Virus record (IMG/VR): IMGVR_UViG_3300042881_004206
Source: a virus
Taxonomy: Duplodnaviria > Caudoviricetes
DNA: 64,000 bases
Strand: one strand, 5' to 3'
Part shown: positions 20,001 through 29,537 of the stretch, in pieces
How the letters are laid out: each line of letters starts with the position of its first letter
Position numbering within the stretch: the first letter of the stretch is position 1
Position numbers and translations under genes: made by a program
Notes under the pieces: model-generated
Database searches by the model: none
Told to the model about the DNA's origin: nothing
Seen by the model: the letters and a program-made list of their open reading frames with translations, nothing else

Positions 20001-21836
20001 TACTTGACAATAGCATCAGCAACTGGCCTCGGAGTTCAATCTGCTGATTTTACATTAGAGGTGTGGGCATATTTTAATGCCGCTACAGCTACAAACGATC
20101 AGCCATTTTATAACAATTTGACTGCTTCAGGGTATGTAGCTAACACATTTTGGTTTGGAAAACACAGTGCAACTTCTGGTAAAGTTACAGTGTATATCTA
20201 CAATTACTCGTCCTCAACATATTTAATGACTGAGCCTAGTTTACCTCCTGCTAATCAATGGGTGCATTATGCTTTGGTTAGAAACGGTAATACTTTTACC
20301 ATTTACAGAAATGGTGTTGCAACAGTGAGTAGTACTTTTAGTGGTGCAGTAACCGGAAGTACTTCCCCTGCTTGGATAGGAAGAAGCGGAGACGGCGCAG
20401 ACATAAACTCATTTAATGGATATATGAGTAATTTGCGTTTAGTAAACGGAACAGCGGTTTATACTTCTGCTTTCACTCCACCTACAAGTCCATTAACTGC
20501 CATTGCTAACACTAGTTTATTAACATTACAAAACGCCACATTCGTAGATAATAGCACTAACAACTTTACTATTACAGCCAACGGTAACAGCGTACCAAGA
20601 CAATTCAACCCATTCGGCTGGACAAATACAACTGGCAGTAATGCAGCATATAGTGTAGCCAATTACGGCGGCAGCATGTATTTTGATGGTAGTGGGGATT
20701 ATTTGAGTTTAGCTGGAAACATCGCATTTACAATGCCGGGCGATTTTACTGCTGAGGCTTGGGTTTATTGTAACGGATATACAAATGATTATGCCGCAAT
20801 TTTTGGATTTTCAAACGATTCAGAAAATACAGGTTGGAATATTCTTGTAAGAACAAATGGTAGGTTACATTTTAATGTTGCCATGACGTATATAGATGCC
20901 ACTGGCACATTACCATTGAATCAATGGACCCACATTGCTTTAGTTAGATCCGGCAGTGGATCAGGGAATGTTAAATTATATGTAAATGGAGTTGCTGATG
21001 CAACGACCCTCACTGTTACCGCAACAGCCACGTCACCGTCTACTGTGATGCTCGGTAGTTACCCGGGAATAACATCAAGGGCTTTTAATGGATACATATC
21101 AAATGCTCGTATTGTAAAAGGCACTGCCGTTTATACCAGCAACTTTGCTCCACCAGTTGCACCACTATCATTCAACGCAAATGCTGTCCTGCAACTCAAC
21201 GGCACCAGTGCAGCCATCTACGACAGTGCCATGATTGCCACCTACGAAACAGTGGCTGACGCTAAAAGCACCGGAGTGTTAAAGAAATACGGTAACAGCA
21301 GTATCGCGTTTGACGGTACTGGTGACGCATTATATGCTCCATGGGTACCCAGTTTAGAGTTGGGAGCCGGCAGTTTTACTATTGAGTTTTGGGCTTACAT
21401 TGTGGGGGGAAATGCCTTGTATTGCTGGTCCACAGACTATCATTACGCCATGACCTTCAACTACGGGGGAGCCAATGCTAACCGAGTGGGAATTTGGGCA
21501 TCTAGCAATGGATCTAGTTGGAACATATTCAACGCTGATGGTGGTGGCAATGGCATCTCTACTGGTACTATAACAACAAACACCTGGACTCATGTAGCAC
21601 TAGTTCGTAACGGTAGCACCTGGACATTATACTTGAATGGAACTAGTGCCTGGACTGGAACTAGTTCAGCAACCATCGTAACACGAAATACTGATATATT
21701 CAGAATAGGCGGCCCATGGCCAGTAGCAGGTCCCACAATCTTTAACGGATATATGGACGACTTCCGTATTACAAACGGTGTAGCCCGTTATACCAGCAAC
21801 TTCACACCACCCACAACACCATTCATGCAAAATTAA
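17004..21836 (+). CDS. Adhesin-like virion protein: IPT/TIG + Ig-like stalk followed by six LamG/concanavalin-A-like domains
   Basis: Six 'FDG(T/S)GD.L' / 'W.H(I/V)A(L/I)VR.G' / 'GY.S..R...G.A.YT..FTPP' units. The ATG at 17004 is preferred over the in-frame start at 16974 inside the upstream gene. Confidence 0.82.
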   Translation: MSNYFELQNAPVLTTPSALTAPKITSIGYPGDDTAADPAGGQTITLTGEGFEAGASVIINTAAVGVVSVVSNTTITFTSPALSTGSYPVYVVNTDGGTAIAVPGIQYSGTPTWTTAAGSLGSYTETQSISNTVTATGDAPISYSLFSGTLPTGATLNSANGLISGTSPLSASPTTYTFTIRATDAQQQDTNRQFSLTINPDVVTWSSPANGTTYTSTANSAISNVALSATAASGQSVSYTANALPTGLSLSGSNITGTPTVVANSSTLLTATAATTNATATRTINWVISVASDPDFEYVTTLLSASNPTSTFVTDASTNNFAVTVFGDTRPNNFGPYTPGYYSNFFDGTGDYLLLPTTSALAFPGDFTVEAWVYLNSVTGPQGVYTSIDNASDNWEGISLTFNGTSFLATSYIPTVDTITHQNTVTIGQWYHIAIVRNGSSTKSYLNGVQSNTTTLGTYSLTQSGGTIGAQYPGSGPLNGYISNLRVLKGTALYTSTFTPPTTPLTAIANTQLLTCQSNRFIDNSTNNFTITRFGDTSISGFDPFAPLSAYSGYGSGYFDGSGDYLTGSADISPRGTEDFTIEFWYYPTSLGSAERYFLVGSGNNGFIFGITNFGNDIAIIRDLTGAIVANFGSRTQLTLNAWNYVVVTRSSNVFRCYINGSPTTTPSVTDSYSFATPSTTTLLAGSFMGYCTDMRVTRGLARYTGASMSVPTVPLSSDVSTTLLTLQNNQPNNNNMFLDSSASNFLITRNGNTTQGSFSPYGGGWSNYFDGSGDYLTVADTANIQPGSGNCTWEAWIYPLSLPSAGNFKTLWAQRATDAGIGGAAIVFNSSGNYVYFIANSAANAWQVSGVSTGFNVLLNQWQHVALVRSGNTMTMYLNGVAGTTASVATGAIGTSGNLSLMAGAANGIQTVDGYMSNFRFVKGTAVYTANFTPPTAPLTPIANTNLLTCADNRFIDDSSNNFTITRNGDVSVQRFNPFNPVLTTPTSYSGYFDGTGDYLTIASATGLGVQSADFTLEVWAYFNAATATNDQPFYNNLTASGYVANTFWFGKHSATSGKVTVYIYNYSSSTYLMTEPSLPPANQWVHYALVRNGNTFTIYRNGVATVSSTFSGAVTGSTSPAWIGRSGDGADINSFNGYMSNLRLVNGTAVYTSAFTPPTSPLTAIANTSLLTLQNATFVDNSTNNFTITANGNSVPRQFNPFGWTNTTGSNAAYSVANYGGSMYFDGSGDYLSLAGNIAFTMPGDFTAEAWVYCNGYTNDYAAIFGFSNDSENTGWNILVRTNGRLHFNVAMTYIDATGTLPLNQWTHIALVRSGSGSGNVKLYVNGVADATTLTVTATATSPSTVMLGSYPGITSRAFNGYISNARIVKGTAVYTSNFAPPVAPLSFNANAVLQLNGTSAAIYDSAMIATYETVADAKSTGVLKKYGNSSIAFDGTGDALYAPWVPSLELGAGSFTIEFWAYIVGGNALYCWSTDYHYAMTFNYGGANANRVGIWASSNGSSWNIFNADGGGNGISTGTITTNTWTHVALVRNGSTWTLYLNGTSAWTGTSSATIVTRNTDIFRIGGPWPVAGPTIFNGYMDDFRITNGVARYTSNFTPPTTPFMQN

Positions 21837-21893
21837 TTGTTATCAAGAACAAAAAATTATAATATAAGTAGATAGAATACTAAAAGGATCCAA

Positions 21894-24269
21894 ATGTTCA
21901 CAAAATTATCCACGGTAATTACCAACACAGTTTCTGGTGCTACAGGACCAATTGGTTCTACTGGTGCAACAGGTTCAACAGGATCCACTGGTGCCACAGG
22001 ACCCACAGGCGCAACAGGAACCATAGGCCCGGCACCTGTTATACCAAAAATAACAACCATATCTTATTCGGGTGATAACACCGCAGCGAACACGGGTGGT
22101 GGTGATGTTATTACACTAACAGGATCTGGTTTCAGTAATGGCGCTTCTGTGATCATTAATGGCCAAGCTGTAGGTACAGTCACAGTTGTCAGCAATACAA
22201 CTGTTACATTTGTGAGTCCGGCTCAAAATACTGGAAGTTATATTGTTTATGTTATCAATCCAAATGGTGCAACTGCTATTGCTGTTCCAGGTATTCAATA
22301 CAGCGGCACACCAGATTGGTCAACTGCAGCTGGAACTTTAGGTTCTGTTTACGAAACAACTGCAATCAGCAATACCGTTATTGCAACTGGTGATGCACCT
22401 ATTAGTTATAGCCTGCAAAGTGGAACTCTGCCAACTGGATCTTCTTTGAGTGCAAATGGATTAATTAGCGGTACAAGCTCAGCTACTGCTAGCACCACAA
22501 CATTTACCTTTACGGTCCGTGCCACCGATGGACAAAACCAAGACACCGATAGGCAATTTAGTATTACGGTAAATCCAGATGTGGTCACTTGGAATTCACC
22601 ACCAAGCGGAAACACTTATACTGTTGCACCAGGCACCGCAATATCCAATGTGGCTTTGGATGCTACCAGTGCTGCTGGTTACGGTGTTCAGTATACAGCT
22701 AATAATTTACCAACAGGTCTGACATTATCCGGCAATACAATTTCAGGTACACCAACAACAGCTGGAAACACCAATACACTTCTAACAGCCACAGCGAATA
22801 CAAGTGGAAGAAGTGCCACTAGAGTTATAAATTGGGTGGTAAGTGTCACTAATAGTTATTGGCTCAGTGCATTTTATTTCCCTAACATGGGTTTACTTTT
22901 TTCAAGCCCAAGTGGGGCTTATTCCGACAGTGACGAAAACATTTATTTAAATGGTCAATCATATACGACTAGTTCATCAACTGATGGATCATTTACAACA
23001 AAATTGAATAAATCAGGAATAATACAATGGGCAAAATTTACACCAGGAGGTGGGGTGGTGCCAGGTGCAATTATCGAAGATAGTTCTGGAAACATCATAA
23101 GTTCGACAAGAGATGGTAACGGTGTATATTTGAACAGATATGATAAAAACGGCAATCCCGTAAGCAATAATGCTGTGCCATTTATACAGACAACTTATAG
23201 TGGTTATGATGTGACAGCGATAGGTGGAGGATCATCACTTAAAAAAGATGCATCGAATAATATTTTTGCTTGTGTTGGAGTTGGAATTGCTCCTATAAGT
23301 TACTACCAAACAACTACGAAACACAAATATCGTATTATTAAGTACAATAGTTCATACACACCACAATGGGAAAAAGAAATTATTTCTCCAACATCAATCG
23401 GGCAAAATTTTGATACTCGGCACGGCGAAGTTAAATTTCGTCCATACGGAGTTCAAACATTTGATATATCAACAAATAATCAAATTTATTTTGTGGGTTC
23501 AACAAATTATAATAATCCAAGTTCCAATTTCGGTGGTCAGTACCGAGGATTTATAATGAAATTAGATAGTTCCGGGAATTACGTGTGGCAAAGATATTTC
23601 GACACCGCCCAAAATTTTGTGGTAAATGAATTTAACGCAGTAAAAGTTGATTCATCTGAAAATATCTATGCTTGCGCATACAGCAACGGAAACGCTCAAG
23701 CGAGAGCAGCCGGATTGTATGAGTATTGTCTATTGACTAAGTGGGATAGTTCCGGTAATTTATTATGGCAAAAAGGAGTCAATGAGAGCCAGTATCCACA
23801 TAGTTTAACATTAGATAATGATGGTAATATCTATATGGCCGTTCAAAACCCTGGATCCATATATGGAATAACGATTTTAAAATTTAATCCTTCAGGCACG
23901 CTTTTATGGCAAAGACACATTCGTGGTAACTACAGTGGAAACGGATTTCAAGGCTTTTCACCGGTTCAAATATTATTACTCAATCCTACAAGTATAGGTT
24001 TTAGTTTTTATATAAGACACACATCTACTCCACATAGTAATTATGACACTGCATTCATAAAATATCCAACGGATGGCTCATTTACAGGAACTTATGCCCT
24101 TGGATCCAATACATTTACAATTTCTGCGGGCACGCGAACAATAGCCACACCAACAATGAGTGCTTTTTCAACCACTGATATGACGGTTACATCTTCATCA
24201 ACTGCGACTACAACATCAGTAGAAGTTAAATCGAATAACATATCACAATTGTTAACAACGATATCATGA
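21894..24269 (+). CDS. Virion protein: collagen-like G-X-T N-terminus, IPT/Ig stalk, beta-propeller-like C-terminus (791 aa)
   Basis: GATGPTG triplets and a stalk homologous to 17067-17873. Repeated 'K.DSSGN..WQ(R/K)' and 'VDSSENIY' blades. Confidence 0.78.
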   Translation: MFTKLSTVITNTVSGATGPIGSTGATGSTGSTGATGPTGATGTIGPAPVIPKITTISYSGDNTAANTGGGDVITLTGSGFSNGASVIINGQAVGTVTVVSNTTVTFVSPAQNTGSYIVYVINPNGATAIAVPGIQYSGTPDWSTAAGTLGSVYETTAISNTVIATGDAPISYSLQSGTLPTGSSLSANGLISGTSSATASTTTFTFTVRATDGQNQDTDRQFSITVNPDVVTWNSPPSGNTYTVAPGTAISNVALDATSAAGYGVQYTANNLPTGLTLSGNTISGTPTTAGNTNTLLTATANTSGRSATRVINWVVSVTNSYWLSAFYFPNMGLLFSSPSGAYSDSDENIYLNGQSYTTSSSTDGSFTTKLNKSGIIQWAKFTPGGGVVPGAIIEDSSGNIISSTRDGNGVYLNRYDKNGNPVSNNAVPFIQTTYSGYDVTAIGGGSSLKKDASNNIFACVGVGIAPISYYQTTTKHKYRIIKYNSSYTPQWEKEIISPTSIGQNFDTRHGEVKFRPYGVQTFDISTNNQIYFVGSTNYNNPSSNFGGQYRGFIMKLDSSGNYVWQRYFDTAQNFVVNEFNAVKVDSSENIYACAYSNGNAQARAAGLYEYCLLTKWDSSGNLLWQKGVNESQYPHSLTLDNDGNIYMAVQNPGSIYGITILKFNPSGTLLWQRHIRGNYSGNGFQGFSPVQILLLNPTSIGFSFYIRHTSTPHSNYDTAFIKYPTDGSFTGTYALGSNTFTISAGTRTIATPTMSAFSTTDMTVTSSSTATTTSVEVKSNNISQLLTTIS

Positions 24270-24320
24270 TACTTCACCAACAATTGTCACAATTTAAAAC
24301 ATTTTATTAAGGAAATAAAA

Positions 24321-24635
24321 ATGAGTGCATATATTAAATTATCAACAAACGAATATCCTCGTCATATAGGTGACATAGCTATTGATCCCGCAGGTGAAGC
24401 TGACTATGCACCAGTTGAATGGGTTAATCCTCCACAAATTGCAGAGAATCAAATCTTTTACGAAGGTCCTCCAGAAAATGTAAATGGAGTTTGGAAAATG
24501 ACCTGGGTAGTCAAAACATTGACCGAAGAAGAACTAGCTGAAATGGCCGAAAGACAGAAAAAAATGGAAGAAATGAGAAAAGAGATGCAAGAGGGCCGTT
24601 TTTCACCAAGCATAGTGCCTCCATCCGAAACATGA
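24321..24635 (+). CDS. Small fibre-associated protein, possible fibre assembly chaperone (104 aa)
   Basis: Has an SD (AAGGA) and follows a fibre gene. The 'EG.P...NG.W...W.V' pattern is like that of fibre assembly proteins. Confidence 0.55.
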   Translation: MSAYIKLSTNEYPRHIGDIAIDPAGEADYAPVEWVNPPQIAENQIFYEGPPENVNGVWKMTWVVKTLTEEELAEMAERQKKMEEMRKEMQEGRFSPSIVPPSET

Positions 24636-24682
24636 TAAATAGTTAATCAGTGTATCAATCTTTCAACAGGAAAGAAATTTAA

Positions 24683-26458
24683 ATGTCATTAAGAATATCT
24701 ACACTATCTACGAGCTCAGTTGTTGGTTCAACAGGACCAACAGGACTTACCGGAACTACAGGACCAACTGGTCCAACAGGACCGATTGGTCTCACAGGAT
24801 CAACAGGTGCAACCGGCGCGACTGGTGTTGCTGGTCCAATCATAAGCTCAATAACATATCCGGGTGATAATACGGCAGCCAATACTGGTGGTGGTGATGT
24901 TATCACACTAACTGGTGCAAATTTCGCAAGTGGTGCAAGTGTTGTTATTAATGGTCAAGCTGTGGGTACAGTTACAGTTGTGAGTAATACAACTGTTACA
25001 TTTGTGAGTCCGGCTTTATCGACCGGAAGTTACATCATTTATCTGATCAATACTGATGGTGGTACGGCTGTTGCTGTTCCAGGTATTCAATATAGTGGCA
25101 CACCAGTTTGGACTACAGCAGCTGGAACTTTAGGTTCAGTTTATGAAACCACGGTTTTAAGTAATACTGTTATAGCAACTGGTGATGCACCGATTTCTTA
25201 TAGTTTGCATAGTGGAACATTACCCACTGGATCCACACTAAATGCAAATGGAGCAATAACTGGTACAAGCCCATCTGCTGCCAGTTCTACTACATACACA
25301 TTTACAATTCGTGCCACCGATGGACAAAATCAGGATACAGATAGACAGTTTAGTCTCACAGTTAATCCAGATGTGGTCACTTGGAACACACCAGCTGATG
25401 GAAACACCTACACCGTTGCATCAGGCACAGCAATTTCCAATGTTTCTTTAAGTGCTACCAGTGTTATTGGATATGGTGTTCAATATACAGCCAATACCTT
25501 ACCAACAGGAATAACATTATCAGGTAACACCATATCTGGTACACCAACAACAGTTGGAAATACCAATACACTATTAACAGCTACGGCTAATACCAGTGGA
25601 AGAAGTTCAACCAGAGTAGTTAACTTTGTAATTACAGAACCTCCTGCCATACCTAGCACAGTTGAATATCTAGTTGTTGCTGGTGGCGGCGGTAGTGGTA
25701 CTTATAACACATACGGATTCAGTGGTGGAGCAGGCGGTGGTGGTGGTTTATTAACCGGTACAACCAGTATAAGTCAAGGCACAACTTACACAATTACCGT
25801 AGGTGGTGGTGGAGCCTCCGCAGCACAAGGCGGAAACACTGTTTTTGCAGGTCTAACTGCCATTGGGGGTGGAACTGGCGGTTACGGCGGCAGTTCCGGA
25901 GGTAATGGTGGTTCAGGTGGTAGCGCCGGCCAAAATTGGTCCGTTGTCAATGGTGGTAAAGGTGTCTATCCCGGAAGTACCTACATAGACGCTCCCAGAC
26001 AGGGTTATGACGGCGGACCCGCTGGTACAGCTTGTAATTACTTGGGTGAATGTTATGCTTATGCTAGTGGAGGTGGCGGCGGTGCTGCTGGATCGGGCGG
26101 AAATCCTTCTAGTTATACGTTACCTACTAGTGCTCCGGGCGGAGCCGCTTATCAATCAAATATTTCGGGTGCTAATATTTTCTATAGCGGTGGCGGCGGC
26201 GGTCAGTCATACAATGGTAATCCAGGAATAGGTGGTGGCAACGGAACTTCTGGAGGAAATGCTGGTCAAAATGGTGTCACAAACACTGGCGGTGGTGCTG
26301 GAGCCAGTAATGACAAAGCTGGTGGGTCTGGAGTAGTTATAATTAGATATTCTGATACATTCGGAGCAGCTGCATCAACAACAGGAAGTCCTACAGTAAC
26401 AGTCGCCGGTGGTTATAGAATTTATAAATTCACCGGATCAGGAAGTATAACTTTCTAA
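24683..26458 (+). CDS. Virion protein: collagen-like N-terminus, IPT/Ig stalk, glycine-rich C-terminus (591 aa)
   Basis: The stalk is highly similar to 22044-22847 and the C-terminus is paralogous to 13566-14483. Confidence 0.78.
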   Translation: MSLRISTLSTSSVVGSTGPTGLTGTTGPTGPTGPIGLTGSTGATGATGVAGPIISSITYPGDNTAANTGGGDVITLTGANFASGASVVINGQAVGTVTVVSNTTVTFVSPALSTGSYIIYLINTDGGTAVAVPGIQYSGTPVWTTAAGTLGSVYETTVLSNTVIATGDAPISYSLHSGTLPTGSTLNANGAITGTSPSAASSTTYTFTIRATDGQNQDTDRQFSLTVNPDVVTWNTPADGNTYTVASGTAISNVSLSATSVIGYGVQYTANTLPTGITLSGNTISGTPTTVGNTNTLLTATANTSGRSSTRVVNFVITEPPAIPSTVEYLVVAGGGGSGTYNTYGFSGGAGGGGGLLTGTTSISQGTTYTITVGGGGASAAQGGNTVFAGLTAIGGGTGGYGGSSGGNGGSGGSAGQNWSVVNGGKGVYPGSTYIDAPRQGYDGGPAGTACNYLGECYAYASGGGGGAAGSGGNPSSYTLPTSAPGGAAYQSNISGANIFYSGGGGGQSYNGNPGIGGGNGTSGGNAGQNGVTNTGGGAGASNDKAGGSGVVIIRYSDTFGAAASTTGSPTVTVAGGYRIYKFTGSGSITF

Positions 26459-26486
26459 GAACAAGATTTTAGGGGGAACATAGAAG

Positions 26487-26855
26487 ATGGCACATTTTGC
26501 ACAAATTGATACAGATTCGACAGTAACTCAAGTAATTGTTGTTAACAATGCAGAACTATTAGATGAATTTGGTGTTGAGCAAGAAATGCGAGGGCGCCAA
26601 TTTTGTACAGACTTATTCGGTGGAAACTGGATTCAAACTAGTTACAATGGTAATATTCGTAAGAATTTTGCTGGTATTGGATTTAGTTATGATTCAATTC
26701 GTGATGCATTCATACCACCTAAACCCTATAATAGTTGGGTTTTGAATGAAGATATATGCCGATGGGAACCTCCTGTTCCAACACCAAATGATGGTAAAAT
26801 TTATATGTGGGATGAAAATTCACTTTCTTGGACAGTTGTTCAACAAATTACTTAG
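26487..26855 (+). CDS. Conserved small phage protein (MAHFAQ type), probable partner of glycine-rich fibre
   Basis: 'MAHFAQID...W.QTSYN..RKNFAGIG..YD..RDAFI.PKP..SW.L.E..C.WE.PVP.P' pattern. Confidence 0.65.
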   Translation: MAHFAQIDTDSTVTQVIVVNNAELLDEFGVEQEMRGRQFCTDLFGGNWIQTSYNGNIRKNFAGIGFSYDSIRDAFIPPKPYNSWVLNEDICRWEPPVPTPNDGKIYMWDENSLSWTVVQQIT

Positions 26856-26904
26856 ACAGAAATTAATTCATAATCGGAATATATTAAATACCAAAGGATT
26901 TTAA

Positions 26905-27681
26905 ATGTCGATCACCACAAGAGATCAGTTCAAAGATTACTGTCTACGAAGACTTGGTTTTCCAGTTATTGACATTAATGTTGATGATGATCAGGTAGAA
27001 GATCGTGTGGATGATGCTTTGCAATATTTTATTGATCGACATACTGATGGTACACAAAAAATATATTTTATTAAATCTGTAACACAAACAGATATCGATA
27101 ACAAATATATCAATTTAGATCCTTCGGTTGTTCTCGATGATGCAAACAATTCCCTAGAGATTGTAGGTGTAACGCGCATATTTCCAATTCAAGATTCTAG
27201 TGCAACAATCAATATGTTTGATTTAAGATATCAGTTGCGACTAAATGAATTGTATGATTTTACCGCAGCATCTTATATCAATTATACAATGACCCAACAA
27301 CATCTTCGTATGTTGGAACAATTGTTTACTGGAGAAATTCCAATTCGATACAATCGTCATATGAGAAGACTCAATATCGATTGGGCTTGGGGATCATCAC
27401 AAGCACCTGTTGGTACAGTAGTTGTTGCAGAATGTTACGCAACTTTAAATCCAAATGTATACCAAGACATGTGGAATGATCGTTGGTTAAAAGAATATGC
27501 AACAGCTCTAATCAAGAGAAATTGGGGTTCCAATCTGAAAAAATTTAGTGGTATTCAATTGCCGGGCGGTGTCATGTTAAATGGTGACAAAATATTCCAA
27601 GAAGCCGAAGAAGAAATAAAAGAATTAGAAGATAAAATGGAAAGAGATTTTGGTCCTCCATTAGAATTCTATCTAAATTAA
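26905..27681 (+). CDS. gp13: Neck protein gp13
   Basis: 'DYCLRRLG.PVI.INVDDDQ.EDR.DDALQY' and 'W..NL.KF.G.QLPGGV.LNG' are T4-like gp13 motifs; synteny supports this. Confidence 0.93.
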   Translation: MSITTRDQFKDYCLRRLGFPVIDINVDDDQVEDRVDDALQYFIDRHTDGTQKIYFIKSVTQTDIDNKYINLDPSVVLDDANNSLEIVGVTRIFPIQDSSATINMFDLRYQLRLNELYDFTAASYINYTMTQQHLRMLEQLFTGEIPIRYNRHMRRLNIDWAWGSSQAPVGTVVVAECYATLNPNVYQDMWNDRWLKEYATALIKRNWGSNLKKFSGIQLPGGVMLNGDKIFQEAEEEIKELEDKMERDFGPPLEFYLN

Positions 27682-27684
27682 ACA

Positions 27685-28566
27685 ATGGCAACAAGTTCTT
27701 ATTTTAATAACTACAACTCAATCACCGAACAAAGAGTTGTAGAAGATTTAATTGTCGAGTCCATAAAAATTATGGGCTTCGATGCATACTATTTACCTAA
27801 TGACAATGATACGGCAAGAGATTTGTTATATGGTGAAGATCCCGTTAAGAAATTCAGATCAGCTTTTCCTGTAGAATTCTACCTTTCGAATTCACTTGAG
27901 TATATGGGCGAAAGAGAATTCTTTAGTAAATTTGGACTCGAAATTAAAAACAATGTTACTGTTATTATTTCGAAGCGTTCTTTCGCACAAAGAGTTCCAC
28001 AAAATACATTCACTAGACCTAGAGAAGGTGATTTGATTTATGTGCCCTTCTTAAATGGTACAGGTGAATTATACGAAATTAAATTCACAAATCATACAAA
28101 AGATTTCTTCACTCTAGGCAGAAAAATACCATATTTCTACGAATTAGAGTTAGAGAAGTTTAAGTATTCACATGAAATTATTGATACAGGTATTGAAGAA
28201 ATCGATGATGTTGCAACACAATCTTCTTATACAATTCAATATACCGTAACTACTGGTTCAGGTAACTACACACAAAAAGAAATAGCATTTCAATCTAATG
28301 ATGGTACACAAAATAATGCGTTTGCAACAGGTGTTGTACAAGAATGGAATGCAGTTGACAAGAAGATTAATTTGAGCAACATCTATGGTGAATTTTTACC
28401 AAATACAATCATCAAAGGTGCTTCAAGCAGTGCTGCATATTTCATGTCAACATATAATCCTTTAGATGATGTATCACCAAATGAAAATTTCGAAAACAAA
28501 TACATTGAAGATCAAGCAAATAATATACTTGACTTCAGTGAAACGAATCCGTTTGGAAATCTATGA
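27685..28566 (+). CDS. gp14: Neck/head-completion protein gp14
   Basis: 'EQ..VEDL..ESIK..G.D.YYLP', 'P.EGDLIY.P' and the C-terminal 'LDFSE.NPFG'; synteny. Confidence 0.92.
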   Translation: MATSSYFNNYNSITEQRVVEDLIVESIKIMGFDAYYLPNDNDTARDLLYGEDPVKKFRSAFPVEFYLSNSLEYMGEREFFSKFGLEIKNNVTVIISKRSFAQRVPQNTFTRPREGDLIYVPFLNGTGELYEIKFTNHTKDFFTLGRKIPYFYELELEKFKYSHEIIDTGIEEIDDVATQSSYTIQYTVTTGSGNYTQKEIAFQSNDGTQNNAFATGVVQEWNAVDKKINLSNIYGEFLPNTIIKGASSSAAYFMSTYNPLDDVSPNENFENKYIEDQANNILDFSETNPFGNL

Positions 28567-29525
28567 GTGCCATACAATACAATCGTTCAATTAGAAAACT
28601 GGTTATTGCTTTTGGTAATCTGTTTAATAATTTAACATTAGTTAGATACAATAAAAATTTAACAGAACAAGAAAGAATTCTTGTTCCTATTTCATATGCA
28701 CCAAAAGAATTGTATGTAAAAAGACTGGAAACAGATCCAAATTTAGATAAAAAAACTCAAATCACTTTACCAAGATTGTCATTTGAAATGACGGGTTTGG
28801 CATATGATACTGATAGAAAATTAAATACTAATGTCAGAAATTTTGCTGGTAACGCATCAACATTAATATCCCAATACAATCCTGTTCCATACGATTTCGA
28901 TTTCAATCTTTATCTGTATGTAAGAAACATAGAAGATGGCACACAACTAATAGAAAGAATACTTTCCAACTTTACACCAGACTATACAGTAAAAATTGAT
29001 ATGATACCAGAAATGAGTATAGTTAAAGAAGTTCCAATTATTTTAAATTCTGCTACACAAGAAATTGAATATGAAGGTAATCGCGATTCAGAGACCAGAA
29101 CAATCATTTGGACTTTAAGTTTCACAATCAAAGGATATATCTTTGGTGAAAGAACCACCTCAAATGTAATCACCAATTCAATTATAACAATAAATAATAA
29201 AATTACACAAGATGATGTTGTTAGATTTAATATGAGTGCCAATACAGGTTACGGTGATTATCAATTTAACGAAATGGTGTATCAAGGTTATAGTTTGGGT
29301 ACAGCTTCAGCAACAGCTTCTGTAACAGATTGGAATAATAATACACTTTACTTAAATAATATTAATGGAAATTTCATGTCAACACTTCCAATTATTGGTT
29401 CAAGATCATTGGCAAGTTATATGTTTTCGTCATATCAAACACCTGAAAATCAATTTGTTGAAATTGATCTGCAAGGAAATACAATTTCTAAATTAATAAC
29501 GACAACAATTACTGAAGGCGAATAA
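28563..29525 (+). CDS. gp15: Tail sheath stabiliser/terminator gp15
   Basis: 'IRKLV.AFG.LFNN', 'LPR.SFE' and 'QL.E.IL..F.P'; synteny. Confidence 0.92.
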   Translation: MSAIQYNRSIRKLVIAFGNLFNNLTLVRYNKNLTEQERILVPISYAPKELYVKRLETDPNLDKKTQITLPRLSFEMTGLAYDTDRKLNTNVRNFAGNASTLISQYNPVPYDFDFNLYLYVRNIEDGTQLIERILSNFTPDYTVKIDMIPEMSIVKEVPIILNSATQEIEYEGNRDSETRTIIWTLSFTIKGYIFGERTTSNVITNSIITINNKITQDDVVRFNMSANTGYGDYQFNEMVYQGYSLGTASATASVTDWNNNTLYLNNINGNFMSTLPIIGSRSLASYMFSSYQTPENQFVEIDLQGNTISKLITTTITEGE

Positions 29526-29537
29526 GTTAATTAAATT

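Larger units (their letters stand above)
17067..25636 (+). repeat. Three dispersed ~800-bp copies of an IPT/TIG-Ig-Ig stalk module (17067-17873, 22044-22847, 24836-25636)
   Basis: Collinear protein identity (e.g. [37 protein letters not shown]) and visible DNA similarity, highest between copies 2 and 3. Confidence 0.9.

Noticed and set aside
2417-24906. Dozens of minus-strand ORFs (60-270 aa, rich in L/P/V/A/T/K) inside the fibre genes
   Set aside because: They are antisense shadows of the RNY-periodic Gly/Asn/Thr/Ala codons. They are fully nested in long plus-strand genes, with no SD or recognisable domains.
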